Positions 63,538 through 64,000 of a stretch of DNA of 64,000 nt are shown in pieces. The stretch comes from the human T2T-CHM13v2.0 reference genome, Homo sapiens: assembly GCF_009914755.1 (NCBI RefSeq), contig NC_060946.1. One strand, 5' to 3'. The position numbers were made by a program, and so were the translations under genes. The notes below the pieces were generated by a model. That model ran no database searches, was not told the origin of the DNA, and saw only the letters and a list, made by a program, of their open reading frames with translations. Within the stretch, counting starts at the first letter, position 1. Each line of letters begins with the position of its first letter.

Positions 63538-64000
63538 TGTAGGGTCCAGCCCTACAGGGCCTGTTGGTTTTTCTTTTTGTGTGTGGAGACGAGAGATCGT
63601 AGAAATAAAGACGCAAGACAAAGAGATAGAAGAAAAGACAGCTGGGCCCTGGGGACCACTACCACCAAGACATGGAGACCGGTAGTGGCCCTGAATGCCT
63701 GGCAGCACCGTTATTTATTGTTTACAAGGCAAGAGGGCAGGGTAAGGAGTGTGGGTTGTCTCCAATGATAGGTAAGGTCACGCGAGTCACGTGTCCATGG
63801 GCCAGGGGGCCCTTCCCTATTTGGTAGCCAAGGTGGAGAGAGAGAGAGGACAGGTAACGTCATTATTTCTTTTATGTATTTCTTGGAGAGATCAAATACT
63901 TTAATACTTTCACTAACTTTGCTACTGCTATCTAGAAGGCGGAGCCAGGTGTACAGGGCGGAACATGAAAGTGGACTAGGAGCGTGACCGCTGAAGCACA
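63538..64000 (-). mobile_element. LTR13-family LTR (3' half; truncated by the window edge)
   Basis: Reverse complement aligns by eye with 2765-3224 (TGTGCTTCAGCGGTCAC.CTCCTAGTCCACTTTCATGTTCC...CCCTACA). Confidence 0.85.

Overview
Human (primate) genomic DNA, GC-rich and Alu-rich; gene content matches 22q13.33. It holds two complete multi-exon genes, both on the minus strand. PLXNB2 (plexin-B2) has 35 coding exons between 4706 and 20339, which I assembled by hand to 5517 nt (1838 aa + stop). Its candidate non-coding 5' exons lie at about 37312-37405 and 24481-24533, with an intronic CpG-island promoter near 29-30.4 kb. DENND6B has 20 coding exons between 41903 and 56854, totalling 1758 nt (585 aa + stop), with a 3'UTR of about 3.1 kb. 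The CpG island at the left edge is probably the MAPK11 upstream region (inferred from known gene order; no MAPK11 coding sequence is in the window). The rest is a full-length solo LTR13 with a 6-bp TSD, a second inverted LTR13-family element cut by the right edge, many Alus, MIR/L2/L1/MLT1/Tigger3 relics and at least five GC-rich VNTRs. Nearly all long ORFs in the supplied track are artefacts of GC content, VNTRs or Alus. I see no new protein-coding system. The most interesting signals are regulatory hypotheses: a splicing-controlled uORF switch in the PLXNB2 leader, VNTRs built from copies of real splice sites, RFX X-boxes at three CpG islands, a cluster of miRNA seed sites in the PLXNB2 3'UTR, a non-canonical poly(A) site followed by a G-rich repeat, and short introns whose retention would escape NMD.
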